NCBI GenBank assembly: GCA_965262915.1
Contig: OZ253564.1
Location: 4,544,001-4,608,000, forward strand
DNA length: 64,000 nt
DNA from: Candidatus Spongiisociaceae bacterium
Lineage (GTDB): Bacteria; Actinomycetota; Acidimicrobiia; Spongiisociales; Spongiisociaceae
Direction of reading: 5' to 3'
Below, piece after piece: positions 1 through 9,595 of the stretch (the stretch's first letter is position 1; every line of letters starts with the position of its first letter). The position numbers and the translations under genes are program-made. A model generated the notes under the pieces. That model saw nothing but the letters and a program-made list of their open reading frames with translations, did not search any database and was not told where the DNA came from.

Positions 1-1
1 A

Positions 2-1048
2 TGGTGGCCATCGAGATGTGCGCCGGTAGCCCTTCTCGCCATCGTCTTGCTGGGCAGTTGCGGCCGGGTCGAACAACCTCTCAACTCGTTCGACTCCCAA
101 GGACCGATCGCCGAGCGTATCAACGCCCTGTTCTGGCCGGTGTTCTGGATGGCCGTGGTCATCTTCGTCCTGGTCCAGGGCGCCCTGCTGCTGGCCGTCT
201 TCCTGTTCCGGGAACGCAAGGGGAAGGAACGCCCCGAGCCCAAGCAGGTGACCGGCAACACCCGGCTCGAGTTGTTGTGGACGGTGATCCCGACACTGAT
301 CCTGGCCGGTATCGCCGTCCCGACGGTAGCGACGCTGTTCGATCTGGCCGAGTGCCCGCGCGGCGCCATGGAAGTCGAGGTCATCGGACACCAGTGGTGG
401 TTCGAGTACCGCTATCCCGACTCGGGCGTCACAACCGCCAACGTGATGGTGATACCCGAGGACACCGAGGTCTGCGCAAAGATGACCTCCGACGACGTGC
501 TCCACAACTTCTGGATTCCCAAGCTGGCGGGGAAGCGCTACCTGGTGCCCGGACAGGAAACCGAGCAGCGCCTCTATGCCGACGATCCCGGCGAGTATTG
601 GGGACACTGCGCCGAGTTCTGCGGGCTCAGCCACGCCCGGATGCGGGCCCGGGTGATCGCCATGACCCGCGGAGATTTCGATGCCTGGGTGGACAACCAG
701 CTCCTCCCCGCCGTGACACCGTCGCCCGGCTCCGAGGCAGAGCGGGGAATGGAGGTGTTCCTGGGAGGAGCCTGTATCGGGTGCCACATCATCGACGGGG
801 TGAACGACCCGGATCCGGCCACCCTGACCGTGCCGGCGCCGGACCTGACCCACTTCGCCGACCGCCATGTATTCGCAGGGGCGACCCTGCCCGCCGGATT
901 GAATCCCACCCGGGCGGATTGGGAGGCGGGCCTGAAGCTCTGGCTGGCCGACCCGCCGACCTGGAAGCCCGGATCGTTCATGTCCGACCTCGGCCTGACC
1001 GCCGACGAGATCGACGCCCTGGTCGCCTACCTGTCGACGCTGGAATGA
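2..1048 (+). CDS. ctaC: Cytochrome c oxidase subunit II with fused cytochrome c domain (caa3-type), 5' end probably outside the window
   Basis: Frame is open from position 2; lipobox LLGSC; GHQWWF; CuA ligands DVLHNFW and HCAEFCGLSHARM; C-terminal CIGCH heme c motif. Confidence 0.96.
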   Translation, partial: WWPSRCAPVALLAIVLLGSCGRVEQPLNSFDSQGPIAERINALFWPVFWMAVVIFVLVQGALLLAVFLFRERKGKERPEPKQVTGNTRLELLWTVIPTLILAGIAVPTVATLFDLAECPRGAMEVEVIGHQWWFEYRYPDSGVTTANVMVIPEDTEVCAKMTSDDVLHNFWIPKLAGKRYLVPGQETEQRLYADDPGEYWGHCAEFCGLSHARMRARVIAMTRGDFDAWVDNQLLPAVTPSPGSEAERGMEVFLGGACIGCHIIDGVNDPDPATLTVPAPDLTHFADRHVFAGATLPAGLNPTRADWEAGLKLWLADPPTWKPGSFMSDLGLTADEIDALVAYLSTLE

Positions 1049-1067
1049 TGGATCGAAGGAGGCCTCG

Positions 1068-3125
1068 ATGGCAATCGACCTGACGACCGAGACCGTCAAG
1101 CGGCCTGCCACCACCGTCTACCGCCGCCCGCGGTTGACAACGGGCTTCTGGGGCTGGATCACCACCGCGGACCACAAGAAGATCGGTCTCCTGTACGGCT
1201 ACACGGCGTTCGTCTTCTTCATCACCGGCGGGATCGAAGCGCTGCTCCTTCGCATCCAGTTGGCCGGCCCGAACGGCGCCTTCCTGAGCGCCGCGGAGTA
1301 CAACGGCCTGTTCACCACGCACGCAGTGACGATGATATTCCTGTTCGTCATGCCGATCTCGGCGGCCTTCTTCAACTATCTCCTGCCGCTCATGATCGGC
1401 GCCAGGGACGTGGCCTTCCCTCGCATGAACGCGGTCAGCTACTGGATCTTCCTGTTCGGGGGCTTGTTCATCTACTCGTCGCTGTTGTTCGCGACCTCGC
1501 CCGCCCCGCTCGGTGGCAACCTTCCCGGAGGAGCCACCGACGCCAGCATGCTCGGCTCCATCCCCAACAGCGGGTGGTTCATCTACGCACCCAACAGCGG
1601 GGCGGAGTTCTCGCCGGGCACCGCCGTCGACTACGCGGCGCTCGGGTTGCAGATGCTCGGCGTGGCGTCCCTCATCTCGGCGGTCAACTTCATCGTCACC
1701 ATCCTCAACATGAGGGCCAGGGGGATGAGGCTCCTGCGCATGCCTGTGTTCGTGTGGATGACGCTGGTCGTGGCGCTGCTGCTGCTGTTCTCGCTGCCGA
1801 TCATCGCCATCGCCCTCTTCATGCTCACCTTCGACCGGCAGTTCGGAACGCTGTTCTTCGTGGCGGAGGCCGGCGGGGACCCGATCCTGTGGCAACACCT
1901 CTTCTGGCTGTTCGGGCACCCCGAGGTGTACATCCTCATCCTTCCGGCCATGGGTATCGTCTCCGAGACCCTGCCGGTGTTCTCCAAGAAACCCCTGTTC
2001 GGCTATCCGGCGGTGGTCTTCGCGGGCGCGGCCATCGCCTTCCTGGGATTCGGTGTGTGGGCCCATCACATGCTCTCGTCCGGCATCCCCACGGTGGCAC
2101 AGGCCGCGTTCGGCCTGTCGACGATGACCATCGCCATCCCCACCGGAATAAAGATCTTCAACTGGCTCGGGACGGTCTGGGGAGGCCGGGTCCGCCTGGC
2201 CACCCCCATGCTGTTCTCGCTCGGGTTCGTGGCGCTGTTCGTGATCGGAGGCCTGTCCGGGGTGACCCACGCGGTCGTTCCGTCGGACTGGCAGCAGACC
2301 GACACCTACTACGTCGTGGCCCACTTCCACTACGTGCTGTTCGGCGGGGCCATCTTCGGCCTGTTCGCCGGCATCTACTACTGGTTCCCCAAGCTGACCG
2401 GCCGAATGTACAACGAGGCCCTCGGTAAGTGGCACTTCTGGCTGATGTTCATCGGCATGAACATGACCTTCGGCCCGATGCACTGGCTGGGACTCCAGGG
2501 CATGGTGCGACGCACCTGGGTGTACGCGGACGAGGCGGGTCTCGGACCGTGGAACATGGTGGCGACAGTGGGGGCCTTCGTCATCGCGGTCTCGGTGCTG
2601 GTGTTCATGATCAACTGGATGCACTCGAAACGGAGAGGCCGGCCGGCGCCCCATGACCCGTGGGACGCCCGTACCCTGGAGTGGACCATTCCCTCGCCCA
2701 GCCCCGAGTACAACTTCGCGGTCGAGCCGGCGGTGACCTCGCTGGACGACTTCTGGCACCGGAAGTACGACGAGGACGAGGACGGGCGGGCGGTCCGCAA
2801 GGAGAAGGCCGACGAGATCGTGGCCGGCATCATCTACGCCAACGGCCACCCGGACCAGGAGATACACCTTCCGGCCCCCTCCTACTTCCCCTTTTTCGTC
2901 GGTTTCGGCATCATGCTCATCGCCTACGGGATCACCTACCACACCCGGCCGTGGGGCATCCCCCTCATCGCGGCCGGCGCCTTGGTCGCCATCGGAGCCT
3001 TCGTGGCATGGGGATCGGAACCGCTCGAGGAGATCCACGACGAGGAACACGACGACCTCGACGACCACGAGGGCGATCCACACGAGCCACACGCCGGGGC
3101 CGCCCTGGGCGGAGGAGACGCCTGA
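1068..3125 (+). CDS. ctaD: Cytochrome c oxidase subunit I (A1 type) with C-terminal two-helix extension and His/Asp-rich tail
   Basis: DHKKIG, GHPEVY, WAHHM, VAHFHY motifs; SD GGAGG upstream. Confidence 0.98.
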   Translation: MAIDLTTETVKRPATTVYRRPRLTTGFWGWITTADHKKIGLLYGYTAFVFFITGGIEALLLRIQLAGPNGAFLSAAEYNGLFTTHAVTMIFLFVMPISAAFFNYLLPLMIGARDVAFPRMNAVSYWIFLFGGLFIYSSLLFATSPAPLGGNLPGGATDASMLGSIPNSGWFIYAPNSGAEFSPGTAVDYAALGLQMLGVASLISAVNFIVTILNMRARGMRLLRMPVFVWMTLVVALLLLFSLPIIAIALFMLTFDRQFGTLFFVAEAGGDPILWQHLFWLFGHPEVYILILPAMGIVSETLPVFSKKPLFGYPAVVFAGAAIAFLGFGVWAHHMLSSGIPTVAQAAFGLSTMTIAIPTGIKIFNWLGTVWGGRVRLATPMLFSLGFVALFVIGGLSGVTHAVVPSDWQQTDTYYVVAHFHYVLFGGAIFGLFAGIYYWFPKLTGRMYNEALGKWHFWLMFIGMNMTFGPMHWLGLQGMVRRTWVYADEAGLGPWNMVATVGAFVIAVSVLVFMINWMHSKRRGRPAPHDPWDARTLEWTIPSPSPEYNFAVEPAVTSLDDFWHRKYDEDEDGRAVRKEKADEIVAGIIYANGHPDQEIHLPAPSYFPFFVGFGIMLIAYGITYHTRPWGIPLIAAGALVAIGAFVAWGSEPLEEIHDEEHDDLDDHEGDPHEPHAGAALGGGDA

Positions 3126-3736
3126 TGGCGGAACTCGCCCAAGACCACGGGGACGGCCCGGCCCACCATCAGGTCACGGGGATCGACAACCGCAAGCTGG
3201 GGATGTGGGTGTTCCTCAGCTCCGAATTCCTGTTCTTCGGCGCCCTGATAAACAACTACCTGCTGTTCAAGGGACGGGACTTCGGGCCGGATGCCCTATA
3301 CCCGGTGGAACTGTACGACATCCCCTTCACCTCGATCAGCTCCTTCGTGCTGCTGATGAGCTCGTTGACCATGGTGCTCGCCCACTCGGCGCTCACCCGC
3401 AACGACCAGGACCAGACCAGGACCTGGCTCTTCGCCACCGCGATCCTGGGGATCGTGTTCGTGTCCGGGCAGTTCTTCGAGTTCGCCGAGTTCATCCTCC
3501 ACGGCCTCAAGCTCAACGTGAACCCGGCCGCCAGCGCTTTCTACATGCTGACGGGATTCCACGGCGCCCACGTGATCATCGGGGTGCTGATGCTCCTGGT
3601 GCTGGCGTTCAAGTCGGTCCGGACCGGTAGCCTCTCCGAGGCCGAGGGCCTCAACGTGGAGCTGGTCGGGCTGTACTGGCACTTCGTCGATATCATCTGG
3701 ATCGTGATCTTCGTTCTCGTGTACCTGATCCAGTGA
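3125..3736 (+). CDS. ctaE: Cytochrome c oxidase subunit III
   Basis: ATG overlaps ctaD stop (TGATG); GMWVFLSSEFLFF, TGFHGAHV, YWHFVD motifs. Confidence 0.96.
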   Translation: MAELAQDHGDGPAHHQVTGIDNRKLGMWVFLSSEFLFFGALINNYLLFKGRDFGPDALYPVELYDIPFTSISSFVLLMSSLTMVLAHSALTRNDQDQTRTWLFATAILGIVFVSGQFFEFAEFILHGLKLNVNPAASAFYMLTGFHGAHVIIGVLMLLVLAFKSVRTGSLSEAEGLNVELVGLYWHFVDIIWIVIFVLVYLIQ

Positions 3737-3753
3737 GGATGCAGGGGTAGCGA

Positions 3754-4065
3754 ATGGCAGGCGGCGAGCACCACCATCCCCAGCCCGGGCAGTACGTGTT
3801 CATCGCGGTCGTGCTGGGGGTGCTCACCGCGGCCGAGGTGGGCCTGTTCTACCTGGAGGCCGGGGTGGATGCCATAGGTCAGAACCTGACCGTCCCTGCC
3901 CTGCTCGGTCTCAGCGCCCTCAAGTTCTACCTGGTGGTGGCAATGTTCATGCACCTGCGCTTCGAGAAGCGACTGCTGTCGCGTTTCTTCACCGCAGGCG
4001 CAGTGCTGGCCGGGGCCCTGTACCTGATCACACTGTCGGCTCTCGGAGCGGTCATCCTGTTCTGA
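3754..4065 (+). CDS. Cytochrome c oxidase subunit IV family protein (caa3-type)
   Basis: Three TM helices, LTAAEV and KFYLVVAMFMHL motifs, operon position. Confidence 0.88.
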   Translation: MAGGEHHHPQPGQYVFIAVVLGVLTAAEVGLFYLEAGVDAIGQNLTVPALLGLSALKFYLVVAMFMHLRFEKRLLSRFFTAGAVLAGALYLITLSALGAVILF

Positions 4066-4333
4066 AAGGCCACGACGAGCCTGCCGTATCCTGCATACGC
4101 GTTCGACCAGCCGCGTCAGCGACAGCCCTGACAACTGGTCCCTTACCGCGTAACTCCTGCCGTCCGCGAGCGGTGGTGGGCTCGCCAGAAACGCTCTGTA
4201 TCGGCATCTACCCTTGCCAGTCCCAGTGACCTGTACAACTCAAACAGTAGGTATGGTACACGTACACTGCTGTTATCGTAGTAATTAGACGAACCAAGTA
4301 GTAGAACTGCAATATAGGAACGAGGTAAGGACG

Positions 4334-5629
4334 ATGCTGCTTCGATTCGAAATCGGCAACCACCGATCGATCCTCGAGCCTGTGGAGTTGTCGATGATTG
4401 CCATGGACGAGGACAGGCCCGCGACACGTAGCTTCGAGCGGTTGGACGAGAAGGTTCTCACCGTAGCCGGCATCTACGGTGCCAATGCCTCCGGCAAGAC
4501 GAACGTCGTGGACGGCATGGCGTGGCTGTCGCGTGCGATCAGGAACTCGCTGCGCCGGTGGGAGGGCTCGATCCCGCGCGACCCTTTCAACTTCGAGCAG
4601 GGCCTCTCACAGCCATCCAGCTTCGGGGTCGACCTCATGGTCAACGAGGTCCGGTATCGCTACGAACTGGAACTCAACGATAACGAGGTGCTGTTCGAGG
4701 CTCTGTACAGCTATCCCCAGAGGCGGAGGCGCAGGCTGTTCGAGCGGGAGGGCGACAACCTCACATTCAGGCGCGGGACCGAGATCACGGGCGGGGGTCA
4801 TGAGTTGGTCACGCCTACCACTCTCGTCATGTCCACCGCCGGCCGGCTCAACGCCGAGATAGCTGCTGTAGCAGAGTGGCTCCGCAGTATTCGACCCGTC
4901 GGTTTCAGTCCGGGCGTACCGCTCGGGCTAGGGAGAGGGCACTATCACCGCGGCATACGGTGGTCGGTCCCAGGGTGGGAGGATGATCTGGCGGACACGT
5001 TCGACTGGTCGCAGCCTCGGCTCTTCACCGACGAAGCAGCATCCGGTACAGGGGGGGAGCTGCGATCCCTGGCTTTGGCATTGTTGCAATTCGCGGACCT
5101 CGGAATCGACGACGTAGAGGTGGTAAGCGATGCCGACTTCCACACCGGTCACGCAGGCCGCAGAATGAGGCTGTTACACACGGCAGGAAGCCGGACCCGG
5201 CCGTTCGAGCTGTGCGACGAGTCGGAGGGTACGCTGACATGGCTGAGCCTGATGCCCGCCCTGCTCACCGCGTTCAGGAGAGGAGGCCTGATAGTGGTAG
5301 ACGAGTTGGACGCCAGTCTCCACCCGTCGATCTCCAGCAAGTTGATACAGATGTTCCAGGATCCCTCGATGAACCGCCCGGGTGGGCAGATCGTCTTCAC
5401 ATCCCACGATGTGACCCTGCTGGGTTACATGAACCGCGACGAGGTGTGGCTCACGTCGAAGCGACCGGACGCAAGCACCGTGCTAACACCGTTGTCTGAC
5501 TATCGAGGCCACAGGGTCCGCCGCTCGGCGAACTTGGAGCACGCCTACCTGGAGGGCAGGTTCGGAGGGACACCGGTGGTGGACCCGTCCCGTATTCGCC
5601 AGGCGATTGCCCTCATCTCCGGCAACTGA
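4334..5629 (+). CDS. RloA-like AAA_21/ABC-type ATPase (abortive-infection associated)
   Basis: N-terminal MLLRFEIGNHRSI, Walker A GANASGKT, ESEGT signature, Walker B DELDASLHP, FTSHD, C-terminal YLEGRFGG. Confidence 0.9.
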   Translation: MLLRFEIGNHRSILEPVELSMIAMDEDRPATRSFERLDEKVLTVAGIYGANASGKTNVVDGMAWLSRAIRNSLRRWEGSIPRDPFNFEQGLSQPSSFGVDLMVNEVRYRYELELNDNEVLFEALYSYPQRRRRRLFEREGDNLTFRRGTEITGGGHELVTPTTLVMSTAGRLNAEIAAVAEWLRSIRPVGFSPGVPLGLGRGHYHRGIRWSVPGWEDDLADTFDWSQPRLFTDEAASGTGGELRSLALALLQFADLGIDDVEVVSDADFHTGHAGRRMRLLHTAGSRTRPFELCDESEGTLTWLSLMPALLTAFRRGGLIVVDELDASLHPSISSKLIQMFQDPSMNRPGGQIVFTSHDVTLLGYMNRDEVWLTSKRPDASTVLTPLSDYRGHRVRRSANLEHAYLEGRFGGTPVVDPSRIRQAIALISGN

Positions 5630-5631
5630 GG

Positions 5632-6264
5632 ATGGCCCCGCGCCGGCGCGGCCGCAGATCGCTCCGCCGCCGCCCACCCCGCATAGACGAACGAAAGCGG
5701 TTAGTCGTTTTCTGCGAAGGGGAGGTCACCGAGCCGGCTTATCTCACTGCCCTCGAGCGGTTTCATGGCGTCAAGAGTGTCGCTGTGTTCGATATCCGCG
5801 AAGTCGGTTGTACTCCCCGCTCGCTCGACGAGCGAGCTAAGAAGGCGATAGTCGAAGCCGGTGAAGCGGCTACGGACAACACGGAGTACTGGTGCGTGTT
5901 CGACGTGGAAGCACCGACACCGCATCCAAGACTATAGGAGGCTGTTGTGATGGCGCGTGACAACGGTATCCGTGTCGCGATTTCCAATCCCTGCTTCGAG
6001 CCGTGGTTGGTCCTCCACTACGCCCAGCAAACAGCCTGGCTCGACACCGCCGCTGCCGTAGCATTGCGGAGCCGATACGACGGGTCCGCAGGGAAGGGTC
6101 TCGACGGCGCGACCTACGTGCGACGCCGTGCGGATGCGGTCGACAGGGCCAGGAAGCTCGAAGCCATGCACGAGGGGGATAGAAGGGAGTTCCCGAACGA
6201 CAACCCGTCCTCCGGTATGTTCAAACTCGTGGGAACCGTCGAACCTTCCACTCCGGGCGACTAA
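5632..6264 (+). pseudogene. RloB family protein interrupted by an in-frame TAG at 5935-5937
   Basis: VFCEGEVTEPAY, WCVFD and SNPCFEPWLVLH motifs lie in one frame across ORFs 5632-5937 and 5947-6264. Confidence 0.85.
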
Positions 6265-6470
6265 GGTGCCCGCAAAGGCCCAACCGTGTCGAGCCCATGT
6301 GTTCGGCACCCCCACACCCTCAACACATCATCGCACGCGGGTCAACCTCCCGTGGTCACAGGGTATGTAGACATTCTTCGGGCGTCTACCCTGGTGATCA
6401 CAATCGTGAAGAGGCCTGAACGCGTGCATCGGCTCGAGTCCCCACCATCCCTGCCGGAGAACTCTCCGAG

Positions 6471-7280
6471 ATGATCCCAGCCTGGCACCCCCATCCCGAC
6501 GTGTGGGGGTTCGTGTTCGTGCTGGGGTTCGGGTACTGGTACGCAATCCGGCGCATCGGACCCTACCTGGCTGTCGAGGGACCGCTCGTGACCCGACGGC
6601 AGGCCACCGCCTTCGCCCTCGGGTTGCTGTCGTTGTGGGCGGTGTCGGACTGGCCGTTCCACGACATCGCCGAGCAGCACCTGTTCCTCTTCCACATGAT
6701 CGAGCACATGGTGCTGGCTATGGTGTCCGCCCCGCTGCTGATCGTCGGCACTCCAGCCTGGCTACTCGGACGCATCCTCACCAATCCCCGTGTCCTCCCC
6801 ACCCTGCGGCCGCTCACCCAGCCGCTGGCGGCGTTCTTCATCTTCAACGGCATCATGGTCGGCATCCACTGGCCGGAGATAGTCCACCTGATGGTCACGT
6901 CCGGCTTCTACCACTTTGTCGTCCATGCCCTGCTCATCTCGGCCGCCCTCGTGATGTGGCTCCCGGTGCTCAGCCCGGTACCCGAACTGAAGAGGCTGTC
7001 CCCGCCGGTCCGGATGCTGTACCTGTTCGCCCACTCGCTGCTACCCACCATCCCGGCCTCCTTCCTCACCTTCGGAAGGGAACCGCTGTACCGGTTCTAC
7101 GCCGAGGCGCCCCGCCTCTGGGGTATCGACGCCATTACCGATCAGGCCATGGCCGGTCTCGTCATGAAGCTGGGCGGGGGCGCCATCCTGTGGGGCGTCA
7201 TCGTGGTGGTCTGGTTCCGCTGGTACGCCTACGAGCAGCAATGGGAAGCCCTGGAGCGAGAACTACGCAAGACCCCATGA
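6471..7280 (+). CDS. ctaG: Cytochrome c oxidase assembly factor, Caa3_CtaG family
   Basis: FLFHMIEHMVL, IHWP, DQAMAGLVMKLGG motifs; multiple TM helices. Confidence 0.92.
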   Translation: MIPAWHPHPDVWGFVFVLGFGYWYAIRRIGPYLAVEGPLVTRRQATAFALGLLSLWAVSDWPFHDIAEQHLFLFHMIEHMVLAMVSAPLLIVGTPAWLLGRILTNPRVLPTLRPLTQPLAAFFIFNGIMVGIHWPEIVHLMVTSGFYHFVVHALLISAALVMWLPVLSPVPELKRLSPPVRMLYLFAHSLLPTIPASFLTFGREPLYRFYAEAPRLWGIDAITDQAMAGLVMKLGGGAILWGVIVVVWFRWYAYEQQWEALERELRKTP

Positions 7281-8170
7281 GGAGGATCGCAGCCGCGGTC
7301 GTGGGGCTGGCGCTGGTCACGGCAGGCTGCGGCGATTCCGGTGGGGGTCGAGAGACGGTGCGGGGGGTGGTGTTGGAGGTCGACGGTGACCTGGCATCGG
7401 TGGAATCCTTCGTTCTCCGAACCGACGAAGGCGACATCCTGGAGGTGGTGCCTGCTCCCGGCGGCGACTTCCGGTTCCCGCTGCCCCACCTGCACGATCA
7501 TCGACGGACCCTCGAACCCGTGCTCGTGGAACTGGATCGCTCGGTCGATCCACCCCTGGCAACCGCCATTCGGGATGCCGACAGCCCGGCCTGGCACGCG
7601 GGCGAGGAGAGCCGGACCGAGCATCCGGACTCCCCCGAACCGAACCGGGTGTCCGCATCGGAACCGGACCGCGCCGGGTCCGGACCGGTCGGGCAGGACG
7701 ACCCGGCCCGCGAGAGCGAGGCGGAGACCCCCGACGAGGCCGGGGCGGGCCAGGAGTCCGAGAGCGCACCGGATCGTCCCGGTCCGCCGCCCGACGCCAC
7801 TACCGCAGCAAGCACCTCCACCCCGCCGACGACCGGACCGGCAACGGAGGACGACCCGGAAGAAACGGGCACGGAGCCGCAAGTGACGGGGCCGGAGACG
7901 GAGGAGACCGGAGGACCCGTCATAGACCTGGTGATCATCGACGGACACCTCGATGGTGGGGCCCGCCGGGAGTCGGTGCAACTCGGCGACACCGTCACCC
8001 TGAGGGTGACCGGCAACAGCGATGGCGAGATCCACGTACATGGTTACGACCTCTTCGTCCACTTGGTGGGCGGCGCCGGGGGACTGGCCTTCGAAGCGTC
8101 CATACCGGGTGTATTCGAGATCAAACTCGAAGGATCGCACACCCTTCTGGTCCGCATGGAGGTGTCCTGA
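7277..8170 (+). CDS. Lipoprotein with N-terminal HLHDH domain, acidic/Pro-rich linker and C-terminal cupredoxin-like domain
   Basis: ATGA overlap with ctaG; lipobox VTAGC; C-terminus GDTVTLRV...EIHVHGYD...PGVFEI. Confidence 0.75.
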   Translation: MRRIAAAVVGLALVTAGCGDSGGGRETVRGVVLEVDGDLASVESFVLRTDEGDILEVVPAPGGDFRFPLPHLHDHRRTLEPVLVELDRSVDPPLATAIRDADSPAWHAGEESRTEHPDSPEPNRVSASEPDRAGSGPVGQDDPARESEAETPDEAGAGQESESAPDRPGPPPDATTAASTSTPPTTGPATEDDPEETGTEPQVTGPETEETGGPVIDLVIIDGHLDGGARRESVQLGDTVTLRVTGNSDGEIHVHGYDLFVHLVGGAGGLAFEASIPGVFEIKLEGSHTLLVRMEVS

Positions 8171-8184
8171 TCCGGCGCGGGATC

Positions 8185-9546
8185 GTGGCCGGCGCAGCGA
8201 TATGGGTGGCGGTCCTGGCGCCGGCCATCCCGGCGGCGGCTCACGGAGTGGGGGGCCGCATCGACCTACCCATACCGGTCTGGCAGTTCGCCTGGGCGGC
8301 CTCGTTCGCAGTGGCCGCCTCCTTCACGGTGCTGGGCAGGTTCTGGACCGAACCTCGATTGGCGAGGGCCGCCCAAGGAGGATTGCTCCTGCGGAGCATA
8401 CGAAGATTCGATCGGCTGCTCCGTTCCGTCGCGCGGCTGATCGGCCTGTTGGCCTTGGGCGCCCTGCTCTACGCCGCCCTCCGGGGGAACAGCAGCATCA
8501 CTTCGAACATCGCCCCCTACGCGGTCTTCATCGTCTTCTGGGTCGGTCTCCAGCTGGTCTCCGCATTCCTGGGCGATGCATGGGCGGGGTTCAACCCGTT
8601 CTGGACCCTGGCCGACCTGGGCGCCTGGATTCGTGCCCGGACCACCGGGAAGCCGATATCCGAGGCGAGCGCGGGCGGCGGTGACCGATGGTGGGCAGTG
8701 GCGGCCATCTTCACGTTCGTCTGGTTGGAACTCGCCTACCACCAGGGGGCCTCACCCAGGACGATCGGCGCCTACCTGATCGTCTACACCGCGGCGATGG
8801 GGGTCGGCGGGATGGTGTACGGGCGGGGGTGGGTGCGTGATGCGGACGGGTTCGGGGTACTGTTCAGCACCCTCGGGGCCATGGCGCCCCTCCACCGCCA
8901 TCGCTCGGGCCTGTGGAGGTTGCGATCTCCTCTCGCCGGTCTCGCAACCCTGGAAATACCCCCGGGCGCCGTGCGCTTCATCCTGGTGGTACTGGGTTCC
9001 ACGACGTTCGACGGGTTCTCCCGTAGCTCGTTCTGGCTCGATGTCGTATCGAACCGGTCAGGTTGGGAGTTGACCGCCCTCAACACCGGGGGCCTGGTCT
9101 TCGCAATCGGAGTCGTGATGTTCGTCTACCGGATGGCCATCGCAGCCATGGCATGGATCACGGGTGATTCCGAGGCCGAACTCGGCGACGCCTTCGGCCC
9201 GTCGCTGGTCCCGATCGTGGTGGCCTACACGGTGGCCCACTACTTCAGCTTCCTCGTCCTCGACGGACAGGCCATCCTTCGGTTGGCCTCGGATCCCTTC
9301 GGGATGGGCTGGAACCTGTTCGGCACTGCTGCCTACCGGGTGAACTACGGGCTCCTGTCCACGACGGCCATCGCGTGGATACAGACCGCGGCCATCGCCG
9401 TGGGCCACGTTCTCGCCGTCCTGGTCGCCCACGACCGGGCGGTCGAGCGATACCCTGCAGGCTTGGCGGTCCGGTCGCAGTACCCGATGCTGGCCGCCAT
9501 GATCGGCTACACGGTGGGGGGACTGTTCCTGCTGCTGGGGCGGTAG
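8185..9546 (+). CDS. Polytopic membrane protein, FedB ('fenitrothion hydrolase')-like family
   Basis: Signal peptide followed by HGVGGRIDLPIP; AHYFS, SDPFGMGWNLFG, GHVLAVLVAHDRA, SQYPML motifs. Confidence 0.8.
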   Translation: MAGAAIWVAVLAPAIPAAAHGVGGRIDLPIPVWQFAWAASFAVAASFTVLGRFWTEPRLARAAQGGLLLRSIRRFDRLLRSVARLIGLLALGALLYAALRGNSSITSNIAPYAVFIVFWVGLQLVSAFLGDAWAGFNPFWTLADLGAWIRARTTGKPISEASAGGGDRWWAVAAIFTFVWLELAYHQGASPRTIGAYLIVYTAAMGVGGMVYGRGWVRDADGFGVLFSTLGAMAPLHRHRSGLWRLRSPLAGLATLEIPPGAVRFILVVLGSTTFDGFSRSSFWLDVVSNRSGWELTALNTGGLVFAIGVVMFVYRMAIAAMAWITGDSEAELGDAFGPSLVPIVVAYTVAHYFSFLVLDGQAILRLASDPFGMGWNLFGTAAYRVNYGLLSTTAIAWIQTAAIAVGHVLAVLVAHDRAVERYPAGLAVRSQYPMLAAMIGYTVGGLFLLLGR

Positions 9547-9595
9547 TCGTGAGGTAGTGATCGGTGGTCAGTGGCCGGTGGGAGGCGGGTGTCTC

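Noticed and set aside
4143-4427. Minus-strand 94-aa ORF upstream of rloA
   Set aside because: Overlaps the rloA start and its AT-rich promoter region; no family recognised, at most a gene-tail remnant
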